Shown here: positions 25,719-38,765 of the stretch, in pieces | How the letters are laid out: every line of letters starts with the position of its first letter | Numbering within the stretch: the first letter of the stretch is position 1 | Source: Octopus sinensis | Taxonomy: Eukaryota | Direction of reading: 5' to 3' | Assembly: GCF_006345805.1 (NCBI RefSeq) | Contig: NW_021832985.1 | Span: 3,732-67,731, forward strand | DNA length: 64,000 nt | Program-made: the position numbers and the translations under genes | The notes under the pieces: generated by a model | Seen by the model: the letters and a program-made list of their open reading frames with translations, nothing else | The model's database searches: none | What the model was told of the DNA's origin: nothing

Positions 25719-27699
25719 TGTTATGTTAAATATTAACCGAAATTACATAAGAAAGCGAGAACTTATATAACAAAATTATAGAAGGATTTGACTTGCCATT
25801 AATCTCATTTCCGCTTACTGGTAAAAGAATATCCTAAACATATTCTCATCCTGACAAAGACATTTTTTGAAAAGTGCGTTTAAGACATAATTAATCTAGC
25901 TGTTTTAAATATTTTATTTTTAAGAAAAATAACGCCTCCTTCAAACATTCAGCCACCCACTAAAGCCTCAATGACATTTGCCGCCATTTTGTGCATTGAT
26001 AACCTTCAAGGGGTGTCACTGCTCAGGTTAAGAACCCCTGTTTGAGATAACAAATAACAGAGACAAGTTTAAATGTCATTGTAAACATGGCTGTTGCTGC
26101 TGTTTTCGAAATTGCAGATTTGTTTGTGTTTGAAAAAGAATTTTATTTGCGATATTGCTTGGAAACCGAAGCAACTTTATCGTGGAGTAAAATTAAAATC
26201 AATCTGAGAAAAAAAAAAAAAATAAATAAAGGCCACCACCAACAATCAAAATTTAGATTTTATTATTTTAAAAGTAGATAAGGCGGCGAGGTGGCAGAAT
26301 CGTTCGCACCCCGGACTAAATGCTTGGCGGTATTTCGTCTGTTGCTACGTTCGACTTTGCATTTCATTCTGTCGGGATCCATTAGATAAGTACCAGTTAC
26401 GCTCTGGGGGTCCCCTCTTCCAAGCAAGCTGCCCTTGTAGAAAACAATTGAAATCATTATTTTAAACGTAGATGCTATTACTATGTGTAACAAAATTAAA
26501 ATACTTTGTTTTTGGTCTTTGATAGTGTTGTTTCTCATTTGCTTTTATCTAAATATTAAAGGAAATGACTACTATTCCCTTCAAACTATGCTTTTGAGAC
26601 CAGGATATCAATGTTTTGAAATTGACTTATTTTCCATTACATTTCAGACAGATTTAGCACTGAGTTGCTGAAGCAGAAATAGCATTATAGCAAAATATTC
26701 TGCTCAGCTCCACAGATTTGCTTGTCACTTGCTTGACCATAACCAGTTGAGCATGTCCCTTAGTGGCTGACAATATGCACACCTCCGATCATGAGTAGAA
26801 GTAATGGGGGAGCATCATAGTCATGTTTTGAGAAGGATCCTTTGAGGTTTTGATGAATGTAACAAAAGCATAGTTTGAAGGAAATATAAGCCCTTTTTCA
26901 TGCTTTCTAGGGGTAACCAAATAGGAAATAAGAGTTGCCACTCACAGACAAAAATCGTGTTACACGTTGTTATTGGAATAAAATTTCATTTCACTATGCT
27001 TATGTAATATTGGTTTCAATGCTTGTCACAAAGCCAGCAATTTGAGAAGAGGGGTTAAGTGGATTATATCAACGCCAGTGCAAAACTAGTATTTATTTTA
27101 TCGACTCCGAAAGGGATGAAATGCAAAGTCGACCTCGGCGGAATTTGAACAGAATATGAAGACGGACGAAATTCTGCTAAGCATGTACCCCAGTGTGCTA
27201 ACGATTCTGCCACCTTAGCGCCTTATGTTTGTCCATTTAGCATAAGCTAGTGGTTTTGTTTTCACTCCTTACTGTTGGATATTTTAAGGTTGTCAGTCTC
27301 TATATAATCGTTTCTACTGGAGGCACAAGTCCCCAAATTTGGTAGGAGGGGACTAGTCGATTACATCGACCCCCAGTGTTTCACTGGTACTTAATTTCTC
27401 GACCCCCAAAAAAGGTGAAAGGCAAAGTCGACCTCGACGGAATTTGAACTCAGAACGTAGCGCCAAACCAAATATTGTGTCAATCTCTGCAACAACTGAT
27501 ATAAACATTAGTTGATTTCACAACACATGCTATATATCGTACTGGGAGGGAGTAATAGAAACATAGAGAGAGAGGTGGGGAGAGAGAGATTTAATATGAG
27601 GTGCAGGATGAGTGTATATACTACGTTTCTTGGCCGGAGGAGGAGGAGGAGGAGTAAATGACAGAACAGTTATAGGAGTTGTTCTTTCTTTTTCTTTTT

Positions 27700-27993
27700 T
27701 TTCTCGCTCTTTTCAAGCCTAGCCAGGCTCATGGGCCCAGTGTCCCGGTTTCTATGGCGTATATGTTCCCCCCAGCTGGACGGGATGCCAGTCCATTGCA
27801 GCGTTACTCAAGAAACAGGAAGAAAGAGTGAGAGACAGTTAGGGCGAAAGAGTACAACAGGGGTCGCCACCACCCCCTGCCGGAGCCCCGTAGAGCTTTA
27901 GGTGTTTTCGCTCAATAAACATACACAAAGCCCGGTCTGGGAATCGAAACCGCGATCCTACGACCGCGAGTCCATTGGGCCACTGCGCCTCCA
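27700..27993 (-). mobile_element. tRNA-derived SINE family C
   Basis: Reverse strand ggtttcgattcccagaccgggc...gagcgaaaacacctaaagctc head; related to 28270-28575 and 53893-54248. Confidence 0.7.
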
Positions 27994-28269
27994 CATATAA
28001 GAGTTATACAAACGAAAAATTTGTTTATTTAGTTCTATTTTAAGGCAATGTTTTATCTTTTACTTGTTTCAGTGAAACTCTGGCCATACTGGAGTACCAC
28101 CATGAAGAAATTTTAGTCGAAGGAATCGACTTCAGGAATTTATTTTTTTTAAAGCTTGGTATTTATTCTATTTACGTGACTGGGACGTAAATACTCCAAC
28201 ACCGGTTGTCAAGCGGTGGTGTGGAATAAATAGTCACAAAACACACACACACACACACACACATATATA

Positions 28270-28570
28270 TGGTAGAGGTACATGGCCTAGTACTTAGAGC
28301 AGCGGACTCACGGTCGAGGGATCGCGGGTTCGAATCTCAGACCGGGCGATGTGTGTGTTTATGAGCGAAACACCTAAGCTCCGCGCGGCTCCGGCAGAAG
28401 GTAATGGCGAACTTCTGCTGACACTTTCGCCACAACTTCTTCTCACTCTTTCCTCCTGTATCTTGCAGTTCACCTGCGACGGACAGGCGTCCCGTCCAGG
28501 TGGAGAACATATACGCCAAAGAAACCGGGAAACCGGTCCTTATGAGCCAGGCATGGCTCGAGAAGGAACA

Positions 28571-28575
<5 letters not shown>
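28270..28575 (+). mobile_element. SINE family C nested in a family B copy
   Basis: A-box tggcctagtacttag and B-box gggttcgaatctc; family B halves at about 28050-28240 and 28715-28850. Confidence 0.75.
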
Positions 28576-28620
<45 letters not shown>

Positions 28621-28982
28621 GCATACATACATATACATATATATGCATACATACATATACATATATATGCATACATACATATACATATATAAGCATACAC
28701 ACATATACACACATCCGACTGGCTTTGTGTCAGTTTACGTCTATCAAATCCACTGTGTCTTTGGTCGGTTCGAGGTTATAGAAGACACTTGCCGAAGGTG
28801 CTACGAAGTGGGACTGAATCCAGAACTATGTGGTCAGGATAATAAATATTCTTCTTAGGAAAATTAGCATTGAATTAATAATTTTGTGTAAGAACCAGAA
28901 TGTTTGAAGAAAGTTAATTTATAATTATTGTTTGTGTGCCATGTTTCATGATAGTAAATGTATATTTCCGAAGTTACCCGTC

Positions 28983-29029
<47 letters not shown>

Positions 29030-29064
29030 AGCTATCTAATTTAAAGAGTTTTATTTTATTACTA

Positions 29065-29345
29065 TGACCGGGTTCCAACACGGGCCAAAGCGAAAATGTC
29101 CATCCGCCACACATCTTGATTCATCATCACTACCTCGAAGTCCTGGATACATTCTGGGCCAGTGTCTGCAAGTGTGACAACGTTTTCTTCTTCTTATATC
29201 ACCATGAAGTGCGTTCCTCAGAACTCCCTAGGATGCATGCAGTGTAGGGTGGAGCACGCAGTGACTGGAGAGTCGGAGCCGTCTTTGACTCATTTTCTCG
29301 CTAGCTTTCGAGAGGTCTCGATAAAGGCATTCATTTGTCATATGC
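29065..29345 (-). mobile_element. RTE-clade LINE 3' end
   Basis: MTNECLYRDLSKASEKMSQRRLRLSSHCVLHP...HG..R..., then VMMNQDVWR, resembling the RTE C-terminus (NEELY..L..VS..I..RRLRLAGHC.RH). Confidence 0.75.
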
Positions 29346-29390
29346 TGTTGTCATTTCACATTTAGAGCCACTCGCAGCATCCTTGTGTAA

Positions 29391-29789
29391 TCTTTATATA
29401 TAAAAGTGAGGTTGTGTGCTGTCTGTCTCCTACGATTTAGATTCCTAACTACTCCCACATTTTGCGGTGCAGTTTAACCAAAACCGGGTATCTTATAGTT
29501 GTGATTCATATCGAGCCCTTCTGGGTATTAGCGCGCGTCTACAATGAGTCAACGATTTAAAAAAAAATTTACCATCAATTTTTCCCATTTTTAATGCATT
29601 TTTGGCATATATAAGGGAAGTAATGCTCTAAAAATTTATTATTAAATCTCATAACGTAAAAAGCTACAGTAACACCCCCCACACATTGTGGTTAGCCATA
29701 TTGAGATGGCTATTATACTTTACATCTCTAAAAATGCTTATATAGTTATTTCCCTTACAAACCCGAGCAACGCCGGGCGATACTGCTAG
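29391..29789 (+). mobile_element. Non-autonomous Helitron
   Basis: A|TCTTTATATATAAA start, 3' hairpin cccgagcaacgccggg, terminal CTAG|T, no TSD. Confidence 0.88.
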
Positions 29790-31739
29790 TAACCAATAAT
29801 TCAGACCTTATTATTATTATTATTATCTCAAAATCGAACCTAAGTCAGCAGAAACTCTCTCTACACTTACTCTTTTATTTTACTTGTTTCAGTCATTTGA
29901 CTGTGGCCATGCTAGAGCACCGCCTGTAGTCGAGCAAATAGACCCCGGGACTTATTCTTTGTAAGCATAGTAATTATTCTTTCGGTTCCTTTTGCCGAAC
30001 CGCTAAGTTACGGGGACGTAAACATACCAGCATCAGTTGTCAAGCGATGTTGTGGGGACAGACAGATACTGAAACACACGCACACATATATACATATACA
30101 CGACGGGCTTCTTTTAGTTTCCGTCTATCAAATCCACTCACAAGGCTTTGGTCGGCCCGAAGCTATAGTAGAAGACACTTGCTGAAGGTGCCACGCAGTG
30201 GGTCTGAACCCGGAGCCATGTGGTTGATAAGCAAGCTACTTACCACACAGCCACTCCTGCGCCTATTCGCATTTTCAATCAAATATTTGACTAAGATACT
30301 GCCAATAGAATTTATTGCCCATCATTGGTTCCAAAGGTTTCGTACAGCCATGAGAGTGTGTGAGTGTTGAAGGTGAGAAAAATTATGGGTAATCTTCTGC
30401 GACTGGTAGGTAGTTTCTGGAAAGTGATTTCGATTTTTAGCACAGGTCCAGCAATTTTTTTTTTGGTGGGGGGAGGGGCATATGTTGATTACATCGACCC
30501 CAGTACTCAACTGGTACTTATTTGATCAACCTCAGCGGCATTTGAACTCAGCACTTACAGATGGACGAAATGCCGCAAAGCATTTTACCCGGCTTGCATA
30601 CTATTGTCAATTCGCTGTCTTTTAAGCCATTTCTGAAAATTACCAAAACAAAACTACACGAAACGTGGTAGAGATCTTAGCGTTGAACATTCAACACCCG
30701 CACCACACTGGAAAGTAGAAAAAAAGCAAAACAAGTACAAATGAGTCCCACAAACTGAAGGATTAACAAAATAAAAATCGCCGCTGTGAGGTTCGATCTA
30801 CTTATCTATTGCACAATAAAAACCACCAATATATTTTGACTGGTCGATTCAGTTCTTAATCGCACTGTATCTTACCTGTTTGTCATTAATTAGACTCTGG
30901 CCATGCAGGGGCACCACCTTGAACATTTTAGTCGAATGAATCGATACCAGTGCTTTTTTTTTTTTTTTTTATAAAAGCTGGTATTTTTTCTATCGGTCTT
31001 TTTACCGAACCGCTAAGTTATGTAGGGTGTAAACAAACCAACAGCGGTTGTCAAGCGGTGCTTAGATAGACAGACATAAATGTAATGAACTTCCTTCAAT
31101 TTCCGTCTACCACTAGCCTTTGATTAGCTAGAGGGTATAGTAGAAAACACTTGCCCGAGGTGCCACGCAGTGGGACTGAAAGCGGAACCATGTGGTTGGG
31201 AAAAATTATATACGACAACTAACGTCATTGAAGGTAGTAGATTGACCGAGTTGAAACACCAAAACATTTTTTTCTAATCAGAACTCAATAATAATAATAC
31301 AGGAGCACCCTTTTGGTGGTCGGCAAGAGTAGCCATTGGCCTTAATTCTTGAATAGAAGGCGATCAGCTGGCAGAATGGTTTGGGTGTTGGTCAAAACGA
31401 TTAACAGTATTTCTTTTGACTCTGCGTTATAATTTCAAATTCCGTCCAAGTCAAATTTGCCGTTCTTCCTTTCAGAGGTCAATAAAACATTTACCGGTTG
31501 AGTACTGGGGCAGCGGGGGTGTTTGATGTAAGTCGATTACATTGGCTTACCCACTGCATTAACCTTTAGCACATTACATTCTCTCTAGAATTGCTTCCCT
31601 GTCCTGTTACTACGGGGGAGCAAACTCATACGGTGACATTACGCACCTACAGTGTGCTAAAGATTAATCTCGTAAGGCAATTACCAAAAGCTGGTAACTG
31701 GCCATATGACAAAATTAAACATTATTCCTTAAATGCTAG

Positions 31740-31960
31740 AAGAATCGAAGCAGAAACGCGAATCGGGGACGTGCGATACAAGTATATATCGTATATATAC
31801 AAGTAAATATATCGTATACACGTATATATCGATACAAGTATATATCGCATATATCGTGCATGCGCCAGTCAGCTCGTAGGATCGACTGCCTACGTCTGGG
31901 TAGCGCGGACGCGCGTCTGCGTGTGTGCGCAAACCGGGACCACTCTGCGATACAAGTACC
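31740..31960. promoter_or_regulatory. CpG-rich segment with iterated GATACAAGTA and a TATCGATA (DRE-like) palindrome
   Basis: Motif copies at 31775, 31796 (TATACAAGTA), 31831 and 31949; TATCGATA at 31827-31834. Function is inferred only. Confidence 0.3.
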
Positions 31961-32642
31961 AAAAAAGTTCAGAACTGATCGATCCAAAAGGAACGAATTT
32001 TCTTAGAAGTAGAATAGAGAAAAGGAAAGGAAAGACGAGGGTAAACGAGGAAGAAACGTAGTAATGGAAGCGGCACTATTTACCTGGGATTTGTTCACAA
32101 GGCAGTATACATATACATCTTTGTGCAGACACACGTGCATATTAAACATGATGTAATAGAAAAAAAACAACAAATCTTTGAAATCAAAGAATTATATTTT
32201 ATTTTTATTTTATTAAAATTCTTTTAAATATTTTATTTTTTTAATGTTTAATTTCGTGTATATATAATATTTTCATCTATTTTGTCTCTCTTCTGATGTA
32301 TAACATTATGGTTGTTATTCTTGCTATTATGATAGTCCTCACCACCATCTTTATTTTCATTAAATTTTATTATCATCATCATCATCATCATTATTATTAT
32401 TAACACCAGTTCGTCGTCAGTATCTTATGCATCATTAAGAAATACACACAGAGAAACATGAAATCACATACACACACACACACACTCAATAATACATACA
32501 GATGCACACACTGATATTGTTTCAAACTTGTCACGGTAAAGAATAAAACAAGAAAAACACACACAAACATACGCGCATGCATACACTACACACAAAGTAA
32601 AAAATACATATAAACAAAAAAAAATTATATATTCCTTTTCCG

Positions 32643-32673
<31 letters not shown>

Positions 32674-34888
32674 AATTATTAATATTAGTTTCGTTATTAA
32701 TTATATTAAGAGCTGTGGATTAAAATAATCGGTTGAGAGTCGGACTAAATGTCTTTTGCTATATTTTAAATTACATTTCTGGACGAAGACGATCTTGCCT
32801 ATAATCCATCCGGGTACAAATATAATTAAGTACCGGTCAAGCACAATGGTTTGATTTTTCTCGACCGGCTCTCCTCTCCTTTTATAATGGTAGCGGCTTT
32901 GCGCCGATGTTGCGTCATTATGATAAAATAATCGACAAATTGCGTCAATGTTAATTTTACGGTCGTCCGTATTGTCTTTCGGACACGTGTGGTTGTGTGT
33001 GTATGTGTGAGATAGAGAAAAAAGCTCGAATGTCCCATAATATCGTACTACCCATACTTGTAAAGAAAAAAATACGTCATTAACATACCCATCGTCACCA
33101 TCGCGATTATTATAATTTTTCTTATTACTTTAGTCATTGTTTATTAATACCCACTTTCCAAATATGAGTTGGTGAATTATATTTTATTTTGATGGATATT
33201 GAGCAGAGGACAAGAAATTGTTTTGCTTCTTTTTCAAAATGGCTGAGAGTTAAAAATTTAAAAAATATGCAAGAAGAAAAAAAGAAAAAAAAAGGAAAAC
33301 TTCGTCAACATTGTTCCTGATTAATGAAAAAGAATAATTTTTGGTCGATGATTTCTTTCTTTACAATATTTTGTTTATTTCCCTTTTTTTCTTCTTCATT
33401 CTTGTCTACATTCATTTTGTCATTCAGTTTAAAAGAAAGATCTATAAGCCCAGTGCTCAAACAGTTCCACTTTGTTTTGGCAGATGAAAAATCCTCTATA
33501 TCAAGCATAGGCAACCTTCTTTTCAAGAAGTGGGCCGCACTGCTAAAATAATTCTTGGTAATTTTTCGTTGGCATGTCCATCCAAAAAGTTTGCCCATGG
33601 TGGTTCCACATGTTTTTGGGAAAGGGTGCTAAACTATCACAGCTATAAACTTCCCATCTCTCTTTCTCTATTAAAAATAAGTAAAATTTGCTGCTACATA
33701 CTCTTCTCCCTTTAACAGGATGAATCTTCAGACGTATGAAAATTTCAGATGACTTATTTTTACTGAATGAGAGAGAGAAAGAGAGAAAAGCGGGCGAGTT
33801 AAAATGAGCTGGAAACATGATGCAAAATTCACGTTGTTGCAATATTAGCTGTTTGTATGTCTCTACTCAACAAAGTCCATTTATCTACAAGAACTAGAAA
33901 TGCTGTTTAAGACATTATTATCATGGGAGAAGAAACAAGTAAGACGAAACAGTTCCACGGGATCCTTTCTGTTGGGTTTAATATAAGTTTGTCAATAATT
34001 ATATTTTCATATAAAGGATTTCTGAATTAAAATCTCGTAGAGGTTAGCTTAATCTTCCTCTGTTTTGAATAAAAGCACACCAGGAAATTAATACAATATA
34101 AAAAGTCTCTGGCAATTGATATTATTATTGTTAGTTGTAGTAGTGTTGATGGTAAAAATAAAAACTGTTTCGCAGTTTTGTGAAACTATCTAGAAGAGTT
34201 AACATATACTAGCAAGTAATGTTTATTATATTAATTACGAGTTGTGTGGGGGAAGGTTTCAAATGCCACCGGTATCGATAAAATAGACATACCAGAAATA
34301 TACTGGGACATGATAATATCTCCATCTCTCTAACTATAAATATATGACAATATAACCAATAATACTATTGTCTTATCTTGAAATTTAACGATGAAATAAA
34401 AAAAAATACTTGTCCTTTTTGTGTATATCTGTGATTGTGTCAGAAAGAAAAACGATGTTTCTACACTTTTTAAATCAGTAAGAAATTCACAGTCTCCCTC
34501 TATTTCACCATTATCATAATCCTCATCGTTATAGTCATCGTCATCATCCTCGTAACGTGTTCGTTGTGTTCCCCTTTAAGTTTCTTTACGACAAAAAGAT
34601 ATGTCCGATGTCAATATTTATGAGATTAATGTAGAACGCGACGCATAATTATATATATATATATATATAATATGCACGTACATATGTATGCATCCATGCA
34701 AATCATGTGTGTGTATGCATGTATAATCAGACATATGTAAATGTCTTAAATGTCAATTTCATGTATTGCATATGAGTGTATGTATAAGAATGTTCAAACA
34801 AATGCGTAAACATATATATATATTTATATACAAGCATACACAAATGTATTAATGTGTATGTATATATATCCTAGCATACACAATTGAA

Positions 34889-34933
<45 letters not shown>

Positions 34934-35030
34934 ATATATAGTCATGTTTGTATGTATGAATATATGTATGTATATGTGATACGTGTATGAATGTACAATT
35001 GTTTGTTGTATTTTAATACTTTTTTTTTTA

Positions 35031-35254
35031 TTAAAATGGTTTCTTCGAGAGTATGGCATCAAAGTAATTGTATCCACCAACTAAACGGATTTGTATATTT
35101 GTAAATCCTTGTTCTTCTAACATTTCCCTATATTCTTTCGCTGAACGTTCACGACCAGTACTTATCAACGACATTATGAGATCATTGCTCACTGCAAATG
35201 AAGGACCATCTTTCATTTCATCAAGGGTTTTCTCCAAGATTAGCAAACTTCCGC
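35031..35254 (-). CDS. ASMT: ASMT-like O-methyltransferase terminal exon (224 nt)
   Basis: Acceptor ttttttgcag|. Encodes (G)GSLLILEKTLDEMKDGPSFAVSNDLIMSLISTGRERSAKEYREMLEEQGFTNIQIRLVGGYNYFDAILSKKPF* with the G.ER...Y..L...GF motif. TAA TAA stops overlap an AATAAA. Confidence 0.93.
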
Positions 35255-35584
35255 CTGCAAAAAAAAAAAAAATGAACAGAATGTTAGTAACATAAAACAA
35301 CTCCAAATTTAATCAATAAAAATCTTCCATTAATGTCTATCCATCAGAACCTACATTATTCAAAAGAGCTCCATCTAACATAGAAAAATTAAACTATCAG
35401 AAGCTATGTAAAGCCAAGCTCAGCTCAAACGTAACACAGTACGATGAAGGCTAAGCACACCGAAACTAGAAGTCCCTATCAACACTGCTCTTGTTAAAGG
35501 ACCCCCCCCCCACACACACAGCATAACCCGTGATTCACCATTCTTGACAAACGTTTTAACAGCAAACGTACTCAAGGTGCAAAA

Positions 35585-35886
35585 TTAAAACCTAAGCATC
35601 ATCCGTTCGTGGCCGTTGCCAGCCTCGCTTGGCTCCCGTGCCGGTGGCACATAAAAAGCACCATCCGATCGTGGCCGTTTGCCAGACTCATCTGGCACCT
35701 GTGCCGGTGGCACGTAAAAAGCACCCTCTACACTCATGGAGTGGTTGGCGTTAGGAAGGGCATCCAGCCGTAGAAACATTGCCAGATCAAACTGGGCTTG
35801 GTACAGCCTTCTGGCTTCCCAGACCCCAGTTGAACCGTCCAACCCATGCTAGCATGGAAAGCGGACGCTAAACGATGATGATGATG
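35585..35886 (+). mobile_element. Retroposon 3' tail ending in (GAT)n, in the last ASMT-like intron
   Basis: Internal duplication of gtgccggtggcac.taaaaagcacc; tail ggaagggcatccagccgtagaaac...catggaaagcggacgctaaacgatgatgatgatg. Confidence 0.6.
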
Positions 35887-35926
35887 GTAATTTAAAAGCA
35901 AAACGATAAAATATTAGCTGCATAAA

Positions 35927-36137
35927 TTCACTGTCAGTATATGCTTAACTTTACTGATGCCACACTGCCAGAATATGCTTAACTTTACTGATGTCACACT
36001 GTTAGTATATGCTTAACTTTACTGATGTCACACTGCCAGAATATGCTTAACTTTACTGATGTCACACTGCCAGAATATGCTTAACTTTACTGATGTCACA
36101 CTGTCAGTATATGCTTAACTTTACTGATGCCACACTA
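35927..36137. repeat. 34-bp minisatellite, about six units
   Basis: cacactgccagaatatgcttaactttactgatgt recurs at 35961, 35995, 36029, 36063, 36097 and 36131, with a partial unit at 35927. Confidence 0.97.
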
Positions 36138-36213
36138 GTGGCAATACTAGAATATGTAAAGTAGAGTAAACGTAACGAGAAGCAACAACAGAGATAGAAG
36201 CATCATCACTTAC

Positions 36214-36336
36214 CTGGAGGTAGTTTATTATACACCCGTTTGAGTAGTATATCTATTTGTTTCTCTGTCATATCGTGGATTACATGTGATAACACATAAA
36301 GATCAGCATCGGGGATCTCATCCTCGAAGAAATTAC
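36214..36336 (-). CDS. ASMT: ASMT-like O-methyltransferase exon (123 nt), catalytic His-Asp motif; absent from the ORF track
   Basis: Acceptor ttttctctag| and donor CCAG|gtaagt. Encodes (G)NFFEDEIPDADLYVLSHVIHDMTEKQIDILLKRVYNKLPP, i.e. the G(D/N)FF, P.AD.Y and HD motifs. Confidence 0.93.
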
Positions 36337-36536
36337 CTAGAGAAAAAAAAACACACACACAATATATATATAATGTATATCTTTGAACAATAACTATACA
36401 GAATTATTTAAGAAATGTATTATGAAATTTCTCATCTGATGGATACTAAATGTTAATGTAGGCACGTGTTATGATTATATAATAAATTCAATATATTCAT
36501 GCTATTAATATAAATTTTATGTTTGTATAGTGTACT

Positions 36537-36882
36537 AGCAGTATTGCCCGTTTTTATATCTTGATTTTTTAATTTTTCATGCAATTTACGCATGCTTGCA
36601 CATGTGGTGAACACAGTTCATGTCAAACAGCTGACTGAGTAAAGTTCACTATTCAATGCATGGGATAAGGCCTAAACAAACACATTATCGATTTTTGCAC
36701 TTGCGAGATGAATTTCGGAACAGAAATAGCGCAGTTCAATTTTCATTCGCCTAAACTTTAAGTGACCCATTTTTGGTGGTTCTACGATTTGTTGGCTAGG
36801 AGGAGATGTGCCGGGAAGTTAAACACACAGACACACACACACACACACACAGACAGACACACAAGTTGAGTTTTATATGTAA
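36537..36882 (-). mobile_element. Degenerate non-autonomous Helitron
   Basis: Reverse strand ends cgggcaatactgctagt (same terminus as 29789 and 40376) and starts near tacatataaaactcaacttgtgtgtctg. Confidence 0.55.
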
Positions 36883-36933
36883 GTTTTGAGTTCAAAATCC
36901 ACTGAGGTCGACTTTGCCTTCCTTCCTTTCGGG

Positions 36934-37026
<93 letters not shown>

Positions 37027-37297
37027 CCCTAGAATTAGTCCTTAAGATTATACCTTAATTTTTTTCCCTTTCAGTGACTTGAAATTAAGGAAAAGTGAAA
37101 TAGTTTCGACCTTAGAAATTACCAGATTATGGCTATTGCTTCTGGAATTTTATTTGCGTGAATGTAAAGAAGTGCGTTATTGCTACTTGGAGTCTTATAA
37201 TCTAATTGGAGCCAATCTAATTGGAGCGAGGCTTCATTCCTTCGTAAAGTGTTTAATGTATTAACATATTAGGACAGGATGCAGCATTATGACTTAC

Positions 37298-37438
37298 CTG
37301 CTACAAAATTCACTTGACCACTGCTATTCTCTGGATAAAGTTTTTTCGCCAATTGTACGACAGATGGGAGATCAAAGACTGTGATATTCATTTCTGGATA
37401 GTGACTTGCTAGTGTCCTACCTATCAAACCGGAGCCTC
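37298..37438 (-). CDS. ASMT: ASMT-like O-methyltransferase exon (141 nt), SAM-binding motifs
   Basis: Acceptor tttgcag| and donor GCAG|gtaagt. Completes DLGGGSG and encodes LIGRTLASHYPEMNITVFDLPSVVQLAKKLYPENSSGQVNFVA (FDLP motif). Confidence 0.93.
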
Positions 37439-38765
37439 CTGCAAACATAGACAAAGTTAGGATTGAAAAAAAACATATAAAAACAGAAATAACACACACA
37501 TACACAAAATAAGGTGTGGGCCAAAATTCATCAAGTTCGAAGGGATATTACAATTTGTAGACATAATCAGGTAGATTTTGCTTTTGGTCTACCTGCAGTT
37601 TTATACTTCGTGACATCTGGACTACCCTCTTTCCCTCTATTTATGCGTGTGTACGTGTTGAACTTACCCCCAAAACAATGTACAATCATTTAGGTGTTTG
37701 ATCATCTGAAGTGTCTGCCTACTGAAGTAGACGTAAGTAGCTGAGTATTCCACAGACATCTGCAATCCCAATATAATTCTCAAATAGAATCTGTGTGACG
37801 AATGTGAGAAAGTTGAATTCTACGAGGAATCCATCCTACGGGCTTCTATACGAAACCAGTAGAGTGGTAGACATAATGCAACGCTTAATTTAATACTATT
37901 TACGTTCGAATTCTGAATCAAGCCAATGTCAGTTTTCCAGAGGCGATATAAAATGTATTAGTAAAATAATGGAGATGCTACAATCGAGTATACACTTCTG
38001 CATTAATGTCAGTTCTTGTCTCTGATAGGAGCATCGATATTAATTTATAGCTGGCGAAATCGTTAGCACGCCGGACAAAATGCTTTGCAGGTTTTTGCTC
38101 GTCTTTAAGTTCCGAGTTCAAATTCCTCCGAGGTCGACTTTGATTTTCATCCTTTCAGGGCCGATAAAATAAGTACTATTCGATTACTGGGATCGATGTA
38201 ATCAACTAGCCGCCCCCTCAACCGTAATGTCAAGCCTTGCGTTTATAGTGGAAAGGATAGTTTACAATTTAGATGAAAAAGAAGAGCGATAGGGTTGGGC
38301 ATTAATCAATGTGGTAGCTAAGTGGGAGCTACCACGGTATCCACCCGATAATATATATATATATATATATATCCCTCTAAACTGTGTGTGTGGTGTGTTG
38401 TGTGGTGCGTTGTGCGTGTGTGTGTGATTGAACAGTAACGCACAACAATGTGAAATTATCAATTTGGCGCTGAAGTAGATAGAACTTCTAAATGTCTTCG
38501 ACGTTTCGCGTTTAAGTACTTCTTCAGCAATCATATTTAGGGAAAAATGAAAGCATAGAGAATGGAAAGAGAAACGTGCTTATAGCATCTTTACTACACG
38601 CGTACACTCTAAATTACTGGCACATTATATTAAAAGTTGCTAACGATTTACAGTAATAACTGTGTCTACAGTTGAAGTGATCTTAATATGTTACAGATGC
38701 CTTTAGGTTCGAAAAGGAGAAAAAGCAAATCGTAGTTATTACATTTTATGAAAAGTAATACATAC

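Noticed and set aside
25979-26040. YY1-like GCCGCCATTTT site
   Set aside because: Isolated motif next to a hAT-like end (ggttaagaacccctg); no other support.
28277-28350. tRNA genes at SINE heads (also at 20793, 42447 and others)
   Set aside because: A- and B-boxes are present but no full cloverleaf, and each continues into a SINE body.
33305-33842. Several 60-100-aa ORFs on both strands downstream of the ASMT-like stop
   Set aside because: No recognisable motif or consistent splice chain; could be UTR or non-coding.
35927-36137. CRISPR-like regular repeat
   Set aside because: Units are contiguous with no unique spacers and no cas genes; eukaryotic intronic minisatellite.
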